A stretch of DNA of 64,000 nucleotides from a virus. Its lineage: Duplodnaviria > Caudoviricetes. A model generated the notes under the pieces. That model saw only the letters and a list, made by a program, of their open reading frames with translations, was not told the DNA's origin and made no database searches. The translations under genes were made by a program, and so were the position numbers. Every line of letters starts with the position of its first letter. The stretch's first letter is position 1. Where the stretch lies: IMG/VR virus record IMGVR_UViG_3300049215_000063, positions 2,147 to 66,146 of that record; one strand, written 5' to 3'. Below, in pieces: positions 9,046 to 18,608 of the stretch.

Positions 9046-9127
9046 CGTCGCCGTGCCTTGCATCCCTCAAGCAACCCGACATGTTCATCGAAAAGCCGAA
9101 GCCGGCGAAGCAAGAGGCGCTGGAACT

Positions 9128-9970
9128 GTGAATGTCCTTGATCTCTTCTGCGGAGCATCCGGCGGATGGAGCAGCGGCCTTGAGTCCGCTGGATATAGGA
9201 CCGTCGCCGCCTGCGAACTCGACGATTGGCGCCGCAACGTCTTCGCGGCGAGACATCCCGGATGCCGGATGTACGCCGACGTGCGCGAACTCACAGCCGA
9301 TCGGTTACGCGCCGATCTCGGATATCTCCCCGATGCCGTCGTCGGATCACCCCCTTGCCAAGAGCTCAGCGCCGCCAACAGCAAAGGAAAGGGCATTACG
9401 GACGATCACCTGTTCTGGGATTGGGCGCGCCTTGTCTTCGAGATCCGACCTCTTTGGTGCGCGGCTGAAAATAGCCCTCGCGCGCGAACTGCAGGCATCG
9501 ACGGGATACTCGATGCGCTGGACCAGGCAAACTACGCCTTCTGGCCGCTCGTGGTGGGTGCTGACAACGCCGGCTCCAACCACAGACGAAAGCGTCTTTG
9601 GCTCTTTGCTGCCGACGCCGACCGCATCGAGCTATGGGAGCAATCGTGGCGGCGCTGCTGGGCGAACCGGCGACCTACGGCCGTCCCTGGCGACCATGGT
9701 CGGAACGATGGAGCGGAACTCCCGGCCGCTCTCCGAGACATCGGGCGCGCTTGGCCTGACTGGAACGACGGAATCGCCGGTCTCTCAGCGGCGTGCGCTG
9801 CTGCTGGGTTTGGTGCTCTGGATGATGGGACAGACCCCATCCTGGCTCCAGGCCTGCGCAACCGTTGCATCGCTGCCCTCGGGGACGCGGTCGTCCCACA
9901 AATCCCGGAAGCGATCGGCAACGCAATCATGAAAACCTCCAATGGCAGTAAAACCCTCACCATGACGTGA
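9128..9970 (+). CDS. DNA (cytosine-5) methyltransferase
   Basis: VLDLFCG, GSPPCQ, AENS, HRRKR, ALGDAVVPQ motifs. Confidence 0.88.
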   Translation: MNVLDLFCGASGGWSSGLESAGYRTVAACELDDWRRNVFAARHPGCRMYADVRELTADRLRADLGYLPDAVVGSPPCQELSAANSKGKGITDDHLFWDWARLVFEIRPLWCAAENSPRARTAGIDGILDALDQANYAFWPLVVGADNAGSNHRRKRLWLFAADADRIELWEQSWRRCWANRRPTAVPGDHGRNDGAELPAALRDIGRAWPDWNDGIAGLSAACAAAGFGALDDGTDPILAPGLRNRCIAALGDAVVPQIPEAIGNAIMKTSNGSKTLTMT

Positions 9971-10010
9971 GGGCGTAGGTAGCCGGTCTAACAACAACGA
10001 AGCTGAAACC

Positions 10011-10529
10011 ATGCCGAACATCATCCGCACCACCATCGAATCCGCCGTCGCCACGGCCGTCGCCAAGCATCCAAAATACTTCACCCCACGAGGCCAGGAA
10101 AAGGCCCCGGCCGCGATCGTGCGCGAGATCATGGCGGCGTTCCGGGGTGATGATGATTCCGGGGCGGAGATCCCCGCGCCAGAGAAGCCCTACGTGCTGG
10201 TGGATCAGAGCAGCCGAGAAGCCCGCGGCTACGCCCAGCTTCGCTGTATCGCCGGCGCGCCACCGCCAAGGCCGATGTCCGACGGGTGTATGATGATTCT
10301 TCGAAGCGCTTACAACGAAGCGGTATTTACGCTTGCTGATGCGCCACCATTCGACCAATGGCCGTTCGTGAGCGATGCAGCCCAGATCAAGGCGTGGATG
10401 GAGTTTTTCAATACGTCGCTGCCGGACGTGCCGCGGCGTTCGATTGTGGACCCGCGCGGCATCCGCGTCCCCGGCTATTGGCCGCCCAGCAAGACCGGGA
10501 AGCTCTATCTGACGGAAGAAGCGGCATGA
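10011..10529 (+). CDS. hypothetical protein
   Basis: 172-aa ORF coupled to the replication gene. Confidence 0.65.
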   Translation: MPNIIRTTIESAVATAVAKHPKYFTPRGQEKAPAAIVREIMAAFRGDDDSGAEIPAPEKPYVLVDQSSREARGYAQLRCIAGAPPPRPMSDGCMMILRSAYNEAVFTLADAPPFDQWPFVSDAAQIKAWMEFFNTSLPDVPRRSIVDPRGIRVPGYWPPSKTGKLYLTEEAA

Positions 10530-11494
10530 GCGGACCGCGGCTTTCGATCATTCCGGCCGGTGCAGTGACCGACCGCTCGTTAGAAGGGCGCGATCTCCAA
10601 GTGCTGTGCCTGCTCGGTCGCCACATCGACAAAGGCGGCTGGTGTGTGCGCAGCCAGGTCAGGATGGCGCGCGAATTGGGGTGTGGACGATCATCGGTTC
10701 AACGATCGCTTGACCGCCTCTATACGGCCGGCTGGGTAGAGCGAAGACAACGCGGTGAGATCCTAGAGGATGGCGAAGATCCGGGGCGCCCCAGTGTCTC
10801 CCATGCCTATCGCGTGAGGCTAGATCGCGACGATTCAGAGTGGAAGTCAGCCGCAGAGGATGACTCCGACAGCCATGCGGAAACTGCATTACAAGAGGTC
10901 GAGTGCCCACCGGTGGGCACTGAAAAACACCATTCCGAAGAGGGGGTGCCCAGCCATGGCGGGCACGGGGGTGCCCAGCCATACGCGGGCACGGGTGCCC
11001 ATACATACATGGGCACCAAGAACGACCCCTTAGAACGACCCCTTTCAGAACGTGGTGGTGATAGCGCGCGCGCGAAGCCGCCGATCTCGCCAGAGGCGCA
11101 CGCCTTCGCCGACGAACTCGCCTTGATAGCCGGTCACGATCCGCAATTCCTGCCGCCGCAATGGGTGTCTGCAGGCCCCGGCTACCGCGTTCAAATGATG
11201 CTCGACCACGGATGGCGCATCGAAACCATGCGCCAAACCGCCCGCGCGATGATGCAGCGCAAGCGCGACGGGCCGCCGGTGACCATCCGCTATTTCGAGA
11301 AAAGCTTCGCCCGTGCGCATGCCCAACAACCCCCATTGCCAGCCGCAGGTTCCCATGGCTCTACGACACCTTCCGATACCACGAATTGGCAACGCCGGCG
11401 CGACCGACAGCGTGAAGCCCTTGCCGAGCTCGGCGCCTTCGTCGATGCGCACACCGATGGAAGCGGAAATCAAGGCGGCGGCGGCGGTTCGTAA
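10526..11494 (+). CDS. replication initiator (winged HTH)
   Basis: SQVRMARELGCGRSSVQRSLDRLYTAGWV wHTH, central linker containing iterons. Confidence 0.8.
   Translation: MSGPRLSIIPAGAVTDRSLEGRDLQVLCLLGRHIDKGGWCVRSQVRMARELGCGRSSVQRSLDRLYTAGWVERRQRGEILEDGEDPGRPSVSHAYRVRLDRDDSEWKSAAEDDSDSHAETALQEVECPPVGTEKHHSEEGVPSHGGHGGAQPYAGTGAHTYMGTKNDPLERPLSERGGDSARAKPPISPEAHAFADELALIAGHDPQFLPPQWVSAGPGYRVQMMLDHGWRIETMRQTARAMMQRKRDGPPVTIRYFEKSFARAHAQQPPLPAAGSHGSTTPSDTTNWQRRRDRQREALAELGAFVDAHTDGSGNQGGGGGS
10903..11016. repeat. putative replication origin: four GTGCCC...GGGCAC inverted iterons
   Basis: 10903-10920 (perfect palindrome), 10946-10966, 10971-10992, 10995-11016, inside the initiator gene as in lambdoid ori. 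Confidence 0.7.
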
Positions 11495-11963
11495 GATTTT
11501 CGAATGGTGTTTGATGCCGGACGTCGGCGAGAGCAACAAAACCTTTCTAGCTGGCGCCGTTGCGATCATTGCGGAATACCCCCCGGAAGTGATGGAAAAG
11601 CTCGCCGATCCCCAGACCGGGACGCGAGTACTGAAAGACCGACCGTCCCTCGCGGCGATCCGCAAAGCCTGCGACGAACTGTTCGCCCCGATCATCCGCC
11701 AACGCGCCCGCCAGGCCGCCAGCGAGAGCAGCGCGGCGTTATTGCTCGATCGCCCCAAGCCGACGATCGAGCAACGCGCCCGTGTCGCGGCATTAGCCAC
11801 GGAGGTCCGCAGGAAGCTTGGTGGCACCACCGGCCCTCCCGACACCTCAACCGAACACGACCAACACGCACAACACGCACAGGCCAAGACAGGCGGAGGG
11901 GAATATGCTGATGGTAACGGAAACGACGGGGAACCTGAGGCATCTCGTCGAGGCTTCGAATGA
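11457..11963 (+). CDS. hypothetical replication-associated protein
   Basis: Follows initiator; YPPEV..LADP..G..RPSLAAIRKAC pattern. Confidence 0.55.
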   Translation: MEAEIKAAAAVRKIFEWCLMPDVGESNKTFLAGAVAIIAEYPPEVMEKLADPQTGTRVLKDRPSLAAIRKACDELFAPIIRQRARQAASESSAALLLDRPKPTIEQRARVAALATEVRRKLGGTTGPPDTSTEHDQHAQHAQAKTGGGEYADGNGNDGEPEASRRGFE

Positions 11964-12522
11964 GGTCGTGGGCCTTGATTTTCGCACGCCTCGCTTATGG
12001 CTCGCCTTCATCGCGCGGGCGTCTTGTGAACAGAAGGCGGCGGATCGACTGCGGGAATGCCGTATCCGAGCCTATTGGCCGAATTATTGCGTTACGGAAG
12101 CGATCGGCCGCCACCAGGGGAACGGTCATCGGCTCCGCGGCGCGCGGCTGAGGTCCATCATTCCCGGTTTTATCTTTGTTGCCGTCGGCATCGGCGCGGA
12201 GCCGGAATTCGACCTGCATGCCATCGTCGACGAGACGCCCGGCCTGTTGGGCTATATGCGGAACGGCTCGGGCGAAGTGGCGCAATTGCGCGAGGCCGAT
12301 ATCCAGCAAATCCGCAAGATCGAAGGCGATCACAATCTACCGCCCGCACGCGACCATGTGCATAACTTTAAAATGGGCGATAAAGTCAGGTTTAAGCACG
12401 CCCCGGCATGGGTTGGTAAGGTCATCGAATTCTGCAGCGACGGGCGGCTCAGCGTAGGCGTCCTATTGTTTGGGCGCGTCGTGCCTGTGAAAGGAATGCC
12501 GCACCAAGTCGAGAGGATTTAG
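11905..12522 (+). CDS. NusG/RfaH-family late antiterminator
   Basis: NGN domain (CEQKAADRL..IIPGFIFV..TPGLLGYM) and KOW (FKMGDKVRF..LFGRVVPV); Q-like position. Confidence 0.85.
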   Translation: MLMVTETTGNLRHLVEASNEVVGLDFRTPRLWLAFIARASCEQKAADRLRECRIRAYWPNYCVTEAIGRHQGNGHRLRGARLRSIIPGFIFVAVGIGAEPEFDLHAIVDETPGLLGYMRNGSGEVAQLREADIQQIRKIEGDHNLPPARDHVHNFKMGDKVRFKHAPAWVGKVIEFCSDGRLSVGVLLFGRVVPVKGMPHQVERI

Positions 12523-12527
12523 GGGCC

Positions 12528-12737
12528 ATGAGCGAACTTGACGATTTGGAAGAGATTGCCGAACAGAACCAGCATTACGGCAGGTCTGGTCTGAGGCGAA
12601 CACTAACGAAGCGCCAGCGTGAGGCGCTGAAGCGGTCAAGCCAGCGCGGCGCCGCCGCGCAGCTGTCGGCGCATAAGCAGCAAGAGCGAGCCCTGGAAAG
12701 GCGGGATGAACTTGCCAAAAAAGCGAATCAGAATTAA
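12528..12737 (+). CDS. hypothetical protein
   Basis: 69-aa ORF with AGGGG SD. Confidence 0.55.
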   Translation: MSELDDLEEIAEQNQHYGRSGLRRTLTKRQREALKRSSQRGAAAQLSAHKQQERALERRDELAKKANQN

Positions 12738-13056
12738 ACACGGGGACCTGTTGGGGCGGATGACGCCAGTCAAGGCGCTCCCGCACCAGATCGAGGCGAT
12801 GTAGGCCATCCTCGCGCTGCGGCGTAAACGGCAGAAAGCGACCTTGGCTCAAAGCGCCCGACGGCGGACATGATCCGCTACAGCCGCCCGATTCTTACCG
12901 GGTGCGCAAGCTTTTCAAGCCCCTTCCGACGAGAGAGTTTCGGCAAGCATCGCGTGTGGGTCGAGCAAGGCAAGCTTTCGGAAGAAGCGATAGCCTCAGA
13001 GGTGGGGCGCGATTGTGTCCGAATGAGTCCCCCGTGAGTCAGCCCCAGAAGCCAAA

Positions 13057-13668
13057 ATGAGTCAGCGGCCACTTAACGCAAAGCAAAAGCTATTCGGTCG
13101 CGAACTCGGCATCGCTTTGGCGGAAGGCAAGAAGCCGGAGGACGCTTACGAACGCGCGGGCTACAGGCGGCATCGCCGCAACGCGTTTCGGCTTGCCACC
13201 GACAAGCGGGTACAGGCCATCGCAGACGCGACGGCGGCCGAAGCGCTGCGGTTGAACGGGCTGCATCTCGCCTATCTGCAGGCCAAGACGTTGGGATTAT
13301 TCGAACTCAACGCGTTCAAGACGTTCTATGAGCGCGGCGCAGACGGAAAAGCAACGCTCCGCAACCTCGCCGATGTCGCCGACGAGCATACCTGGGCCAT
13401 CACCAAGTTCACGATGGACCCGGAAACGGGACGGCTCGTCGATATCGAAGTCCCCGACAAGCTCGCCGCCTTTAACGCGCTGTTAAAAACCATGCCAAAA
13501 GGCATGGCGCCGGTACGGACCGAGATATCCGGCCCTGGTGGTGCCCCTATTCAAACTGTGGATTTGAGCAACGCGTCCGATGACCAGCTCGCCGCTCTTG
13601 AAGCCGTTTTCGGCCCCCTTGCCGTCGCCGGCGCTGGTGATGAGGGCGATCCGGGAGGAACGCAGTAA
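13057..13668 (+). CDS. terS: terminase small subunit
   Basis: LNAKQKLF..AYERAGY, DKLAAF, EISGPGGAPIQT; precedes TerL. Confidence 0.8.
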   Translation: MSQRPLNAKQKLFGRELGIALAEGKKPEDAYERAGYRRHRRNAFRLATDKRVQAIADATAAEALRLNGLHLAYLQAKTLGLFELNAFKTFYERGADGKATLRNLADVADEHTWAITKFTMDPETGRLVDIEVPDKLAAFNALLKTMPKGMAPVRTEISGPGGAPIQTVDLSNASDDQLAALEAVFGPLAVAGAGDEGDPGGTQ

Positions 13669-15142
13669 GCGACTCGCCGATACCGAACGGCGTAGGATTT
13701 CCTGGAACGCGGAGCGTATCAAGGAACGCTGCAGCAGCCTTGTCGGTTTCGTCCGCGAAGCTTGGCCGATCCTCGAGCCATCGACGCCCTACAAACACGG
13801 TTGGCATATCGACGCGATCTGCGAGCACCTTGAGGCGATCACGCGGGGCCGAATTAACCGGCTGCTGATCAACGTTCCTCCCGGCACGATGAAATCGCTG
13901 CTGACGAGCGTATTTTGGCCGGCGTGGGAATGGACCACGCGGCCAAGTCTGCGCTATCTCACCACAAGCTACAGTGAGGATTACGCCAAGCGCGACGCGC
14001 GGCGCATGCGCGACCTGATCGAATCCGAATGGTATCAGGGTTTGTGGGGCGATACTGTCAGGCTTGGTCGCAAAGGCGAGATGAGCTTCGAAAATACCGC
14101 AAAGGGAAATCGAGAGGCCAAGCCGTTCGTGCGGTTGACCGGCGGCCGTGGCGATCGTGTCATTATCGACGATCCGCATTCGACGGAGACGGCGGAAAGC
14201 GAAAGCGAGCGCAATACGACGATCCGGATTTTTCGTGAGTCGGTCCCGACGCGCCTGAATGATCCGGTCACATCCGCCATTGTCGTCATCATGCAGCGTT
14301 TGCATGCCAACGACGTGTCCGGTCAAATACTGGCGCTCAAGCTCGGTTACGAGCATTTGATGCTGCCGATGGAATTCGAGCCGGAGCGCGCCTGTCAGAC
14401 GTCGATCGGCTTCCGCGACCCGCGAACGTATGATGGGGAATTGCTGTTCCCGGAGCGGTTTCCGCGTGAGACGGTTGAACGGGATAAGATACCGCTCGGC
14501 GCGTATGCGATCGCGGGACAATTTCAGCAGCGACCGTCCCCACGCGAAGGTGGACTTTTCAAGAGGCATTGGTTTGCGGAGAAGATCGTTGATGCGGCGC
14601 CGGATCGCACGGTGTGGGTTAGACATTGGGATTTGGCGGCAAGCACGCGAAGCCAGTCCGCATTTACGGCCGGCGTAAAACTGGGCAGAGACCGAGACGG
14701 CAAATTCTACGTCGGGCATGTGATTAGGACGCGCGAAGAAGGTGCTCGGGTCCGTAATTTGATCAGTGCGACGGCGGAAATCGACGGTGTTAAAGTGTCG
14801 ATCTCTCTACCGCAGGATCCCGGCCAGGCCGGTAAAGTGCAGGCGCAAGACTTCATTGCGATGCTGGCCGGCTACAAGGTGCACGCTGAGCCCGAAACAG
14901 GCGATAAGGAAAGCCGCGCGGAGCCGTTCAGCGCTCAATGCGAAGGCGGAAACGTCTATCTGGTCCGCGGCGAATGGAATGAGGCGTATCTCGATGAGTT
15001 ATGCGCGTTTCCCTCGGGTAAGTTTAAAGACCAGGTAGATGCGTCCTCTGGGGCATTCGGCCGATTGATTCAGACGAAAAAGCCCCTGATCATCTCCGAT
15101 GCGGCATTAGCGATGTCGCGCCGTCCGGTCCAGCATGGGTAG
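13640..15142 (+). CDS. terL: terminase large subunit
   Basis: INVPPGTMKS Walker A, IIDDPH Walker B, IMQRLH, WDLAA and KDQVDA nuclease motifs. Confidence 0.93.
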   Translation: MRAIREERSKRLADTERRRISWNAERIKERCSSLVGFVREAWPILEPSTPYKHGWHIDAICEHLEAITRGRINRLLINVPPGTMKSLLTSVFWPAWEWTTRPSLRYLTTSYSEDYAKRDARRMRDLIESEWYQGLWGDTVRLGRKGEMSFENTAKGNREAKPFVRLTGGRGDRVIIDDPHSTETAESESERNTTIRIFRESVPTRLNDPVTSAIVVIMQRLHANDVSGQILALKLGYEHLMLPMEFEPERACQTSIGFRDPRTYDGELLFPERFPRETVERDKIPLGAYAIAGQFQQRPSPREGGLFKRHWFAEKIVDAAPDRTVWVRHWDLAASTRSQSAFTAGVKLGRDRDGKFYVGHVIRTREEGARVRNLISATAEIDGVKVSISLPQDPGQAGKVQAQDFIAMLAGYKVHAEPETGDKESRAEPFSAQCEGGNVYLVRGEWNEAYLDELCAFPSGKFKDQVDASSGAFGRLIQTKKPLIISDAALAMSRRPVQHG

Positions 15143-15157
15143 TAGCGAGGCACGCTT

Positions 15158-16756
15158 GTGGCAAAACTGCGCAGCTCTGCCGCCAAACGCCAAGCGCGCT
15201 ACCGAGAACGGCTCAAGGCGAAAACGATAACGCGTAACGTCACGCGTGACGCCAAGAAATTTGCGATTTCGACAGCGGCAGTCGTCGCCTCACGGCGGAA
15301 GAAACAGAAGGACGAAATAAAGCCGTTCCAGATTCCAAAGCCTCCACCGGGAGTTCTGCCGAAGGAATCGCACGCGCTGGCGATGGACGAGCAACCCGGC
15401 ATCGTCGTGGCTGCCGGATGGGCCAGCGGATATAATTGGGCGTTTCGCGAGGGGCTTGAATTTCTCGGTTATCCTTATCTCGCCGAACTCTCACAACGGC
15501 CGGAATACCGGCGCATCGTCGAAATTATCGCGACCGAAATGACGCGGAAGTGGATCACGCTCCACTCGGTAGGCGATGAAAATAAAACCGACAAAATCGC
15601 GAAAATCGAAGACGAGTTGTCGCGCCTGCAAGCACAACGCGCGTTTAAGATCTGTGCCGAGCAGGACGGGTTTTTCGGCCGGGCGCATCTCTATATCGAT
15701 ACCGGCGCGACCGATGATCGCGACGAGCTCATGACGCCGATCGGCAATGGTCGGGATGCGCTGAGCAAACGCAAGATCGGGAAAGGCGATCTCAAAGGGC
15801 TACGGCCGGTCGAGGCGGTCTGGACCTATCCGACCAATTACAATTCGAACGATCCGCTGAAGGGCGATTGGTACAAGCCCGATATGTGGTTCGTCATGGG
15901 CAAGCGAATTCACGTGTCGCGCCTGTTGACGTTCATCGGCCGTGAAGTCCCAGATCTGCTCAAACCAGCGTATTCATTCGGCGGGTTGTCGCTCACGCAG
16001 ATGGCGAAGCCCTACGTCGATAACTGGCTCGAAACCAGACAATCGGTCAACGACGCGATTTCCGCTTATTCGACCTTCGTGCTCAAGACGACGATGTCGG
16101 AGCAGCTGCAGGTCGGCGGTGAAGAATTGAACAAGCGCGCGGAATTGTTCAATAACCTGCGGAACAACCGCGGGCTGATGATGCTCGATAAGGAAGCTGA
16201 AGACTTCGCCAATGTCGCGGCGCCGCTGTCAACGCTCGATATGCTCCAGGCGCAGGCGCAGGAGCATATGGCGAGTGTCAGCGGTATTCCCTTGGTCAAG
16301 CTCTTGGGAGTAACGCCATCGGGGTTAAATGCGTCGTCCGACGGCGAAATCCGGTGTTTCTACGACTGGATTGCGGCCTACCAAAAGGCGCTGTTCGAGG
16401 TCAATCTAACCAAAGTCATCGATTTCGTGCAGTTGTCCCTGTTCGGCGAGGTCGATCAGGGTATTACCTTCGAATTCGAGCCATTGTGGGCGCTTGACGA
16501 AAAGGAAAAGGCCGAAGTCGAAAAGATCGAAGCCGAGACAGCGCAGGTCCGGATCGACAGCGGCGTGATCTCGCCGGAGGAAGAGCGCGAGGTCGTCGCA
16601 AATAAGGCGGGCTCGCCTTATCACGGCCTTGATCCGGCCAATGCACCGAATCTGTTGGACGAAGAGGAAGAGGGGCTTGAACCGAAGTCCGGGGCTGCTA
16701 AAGTGGCGGCTGGCGAACTTGATGGTTCCGAATCGGAACGGAAACAAGCGGCCTAA
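15158..16756 (+). CDS. portal protein (DUF1073)
   Basis: FLGYPYLAELSQRPEYR, IHVSRL, FGGLSL, SGIPLVKLLGVTPSGLNASSDGE. Confidence 0.9.
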   Translation: MAKLRSSAAKRQARYRERLKAKTITRNVTRDAKKFAISTAAVVASRRKKQKDEIKPFQIPKPPPGVLPKESHALAMDEQPGIVVAAGWASGYNWAFREGLEFLGYPYLAELSQRPEYRRIVEIIATEMTRKWITLHSVGDENKTDKIAKIEDELSRLQAQRAFKICAEQDGFFGRAHLYIDTGATDDRDELMTPIGNGRDALSKRKIGKGDLKGLRPVEAVWTYPTNYNSNDPLKGDWYKPDMWFVMGKRIHVSRLLTFIGREVPDLLKPAYSFGGLSLTQMAKPYVDNWLETRQSVNDAISAYSTFVLKTTMSEQLQVGGEELNKRAELFNNLRNNRGLMMLDKEAEDFANVAAPLSTLDMLQAQAQEHMASVSGIPLVKLLGVTPSGLNASSDGEIRCFYDWIAAYQKALFEVNLTKVIDFVQLSLFGEVDQGITFEFEPLWALDEKEKAEVEKIEAETAQVRIDSGVISPEEEREVVANKAGSPYHGLDPANAPNLLDEEEEGLEPKSGAAKVAAGELDGSESERKQAA

Positions 16757-16759
16757 AGT

Positions 16760-16851
16760 TCAATGGTGGAGCTGGCGGGTACAGCGTGGCTTTGCGGCTC
16801 TGAAAATGGCGGCATCGCTTAGATAGTGGGTTCGAATCCCATCCCATTGGG
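16760..16851 (+). ncRNA. degenerate tRNA-like element
   Basis: CAATGG/CCATTG stem, GCTG-GCGGGTA-CAGC D-like arm, GTGGG-TTCGAAT-CCCAT T arm; no canonical anticodon arm or CCA. Confidence 0.4.
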
Positions 16852-16857
16852 CAAGCG

Positions 16858-16889
16858 CCCCAGCCGCTGAAAAGTGGCTGGGGTTAATT
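16858..16889 (+). terminator. hairpin, probable intrinsic terminator
   Basis: CCCCAGCCGCT-GAAA-AGTGGCTGGGG then TTAATT. Confidence 0.55.
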
Positions 16890-16903
16890 GAGCGCGAGGC
16901 GGC

Positions 16904-17131
16904 GTGACCAAGGCGGACAGGATCATATCCGAATTAGCCGGCGATTTGCCCGTTGAACTGATCGCGACCGGTCAGTGGCTTGATGCGTTAGCTATGGAAC
17001 ATAAGTTGCCGCCACGCGATGCTGGGGAAACTGACGAGACTCTGCGTGAGAAAATTTGGGTGAAGCGCCTCAATGATCAAATGATTACTATCGTGAGTCT
17101 ACTTTATCTGGATCAGAGGGTACGGCGATGA
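16904..17131 (+). CDS. hypothetical protein
   Basis: GAGG SD; LDALA..R..GETDETLRE motif. Confidence 0.5.
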   Translation: MTKADRIISELAGDLPVELIATGQWLDALAMEHKLPPRDAGETDETLREKIWVKRLNDQMITIVSLLYLDQRVRR

Positions 17132-17337
17132 GCGAGTGGACGCTATCTGATCGTCGGAGCTTTCTTACCAAGAATCGGTTGGCACTCGCTCGCGTGTTGG
17201 CGCGTCTGCAAGATCGCATCGCCGCATGATCGATCTCCCGCTCGCCGACCTCATCGAGGCCCACGAAGAAGAACAGAGCGCGCAGCCGATCGCCGCGCCG
17301 ACCGATCTGAAACAACAACCGCCCGAGCCGAACAGCG

Positions 17338-18168
17338 ATGCTGCTGGTCCAAAAAAACCCGGCCACGCGAAATCGCCGTAACGAACTTATCCTCCGTCCC
17401 GTTCATCCCAACGCCGGCATCGAATCTGCCTACCGCAAGCGCCTGCTGGCGCTGATCGACGAGATGAACCGATCCTTCGCCTATTGGATCAAGGCGGCGT
17501 GGCGGTCTAACGAACCAGTTCTGGCGGGCGACGAAACTCCGGCGATTACGCTACGTGATGCCCTTCGCGATTTGAGCCAACGCTGGCGCAAGCGGTTCGA
17601 TACCGCATCAAAGGAATTGGCGGACTATTTCGCCAGGGCATCGACCGAACGATCCGACGCGGCGCTGCGCGCCATCCTGAAAAAGGGCGGTTTCTCCGTC
17701 GAGTTCAAGCTGACGCCGGCGGCGAGGGATATCCTGCAAGCGACGATCGCCGAGAATGTCGCGCTGATAAAATCGATCCCGGAACAGTATCTCACCAACG
17801 TCGAAGGATTGGTGATGCGTTCGGTGCAAGCCGGTCGCGATCTCGATCAGCTAACGACGGATTTACAGGAACAGCATGGCGTAACGCGTCGGCGTGCCGT
17901 TCTTATCGCGCGCGATCAAAACAACAAAGCGACGGCGGCGATCACGGCGGCGCGCCAACAAGAGTTAGGGGTGACCGAAGCGATTTGGGTCCATTCCGGT
18001 GGTGGGAAGCATCCGCGTCCGACGCATCTCAAGGCTGGGCGCGAGCGGACACGGTATGATGTCAAAACCGGCTGGTACGATCCGGCAGTAAAGAAATACA
18101 TTCGACCCGGCGAGCTGATAAACTGTCGTTGTGTGTCGCGATCGGTGGTCAAGGGGTTTGGGGAATGA
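17338..18168 (+). CDS. head morphogenesis protein (MuF/SPP1 gp7)
   Basis: ENVALIKSIP, RRAVLIARDQNNKA, RPTH, PGELINCRC. Confidence 0.9.
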   Translation: MLLVQKNPATRNRRNELILRPVHPNAGIESAYRKRLLALIDEMNRSFAYWIKAAWRSNEPVLAGDETPAITLRDALRDLSQRWRKRFDTASKELADYFARASTERSDAALRAILKKGGFSVEFKLTPAARDILQATIAENVALIKSIPEQYLTNVEGLVMRSVQAGRDLDQLTTDLQEQHGVTRRRAVLIARDQNNKATAAITAARQQELGVTEAIWVHSGGGKHPRPTHLKAGRERTRYDVKTGWYDPAVKKYIRPGELINCRCVSRSVVKGFGE

Positions 18169-18428
18169 GCGTCATGAAACCGGATGATGATGGTAAATTC
18201 GGAACGGGAAGCGTCGGCGCGGCGTCGCATCACCAGACAAAGATGGAAAACGGCAAGCGGCTAACAACCGCCGGTGAAGCGCTGCCCAAGCACATCGAGG
18301 CCTTGAAGATCCCGCCGGCGTGGACGGATGTGACATTCTCACCGGACCCAAAAGCTGATCTCCTGGCAACAGGAAAGGATAGCAAGGGGCGTCATGTTAT
18401 TTGGTTCGCGGCCCTTATGCATCCTTGA
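18165..18428 (+). pseudogene. DNA topoisomerase IB N-terminal fragment
   Basis: IEALKIPPAWTDV..SPDP..LLATGKDSKGR matches the TopIB N-terminal signature; catalytic domain absent. Confidence 0.7.
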
Positions 18429-18608
18429 GTTAGATCAAAGGGTCGATAGAAAGTGCGTTGATCGGGTCCCGCGCAAACGCCCGGATCCGCCAAAGAGCCA
18501 ATCAGCGGTGACGGTTTCGTGATCGTCTGACGACGCGCCGCTATGCTGTTTGGCAAATGCTGTTTGCCTGTTGCGTCAAGCTACGGAAAATGCTAGGTTT
18601 TTTACACT

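Noticed and set aside
18430-18600. Possible ncRNA after the TopIB fragment
   Set aside because: Only short GC stems; cannot be separated from deletion debris and a promoter region
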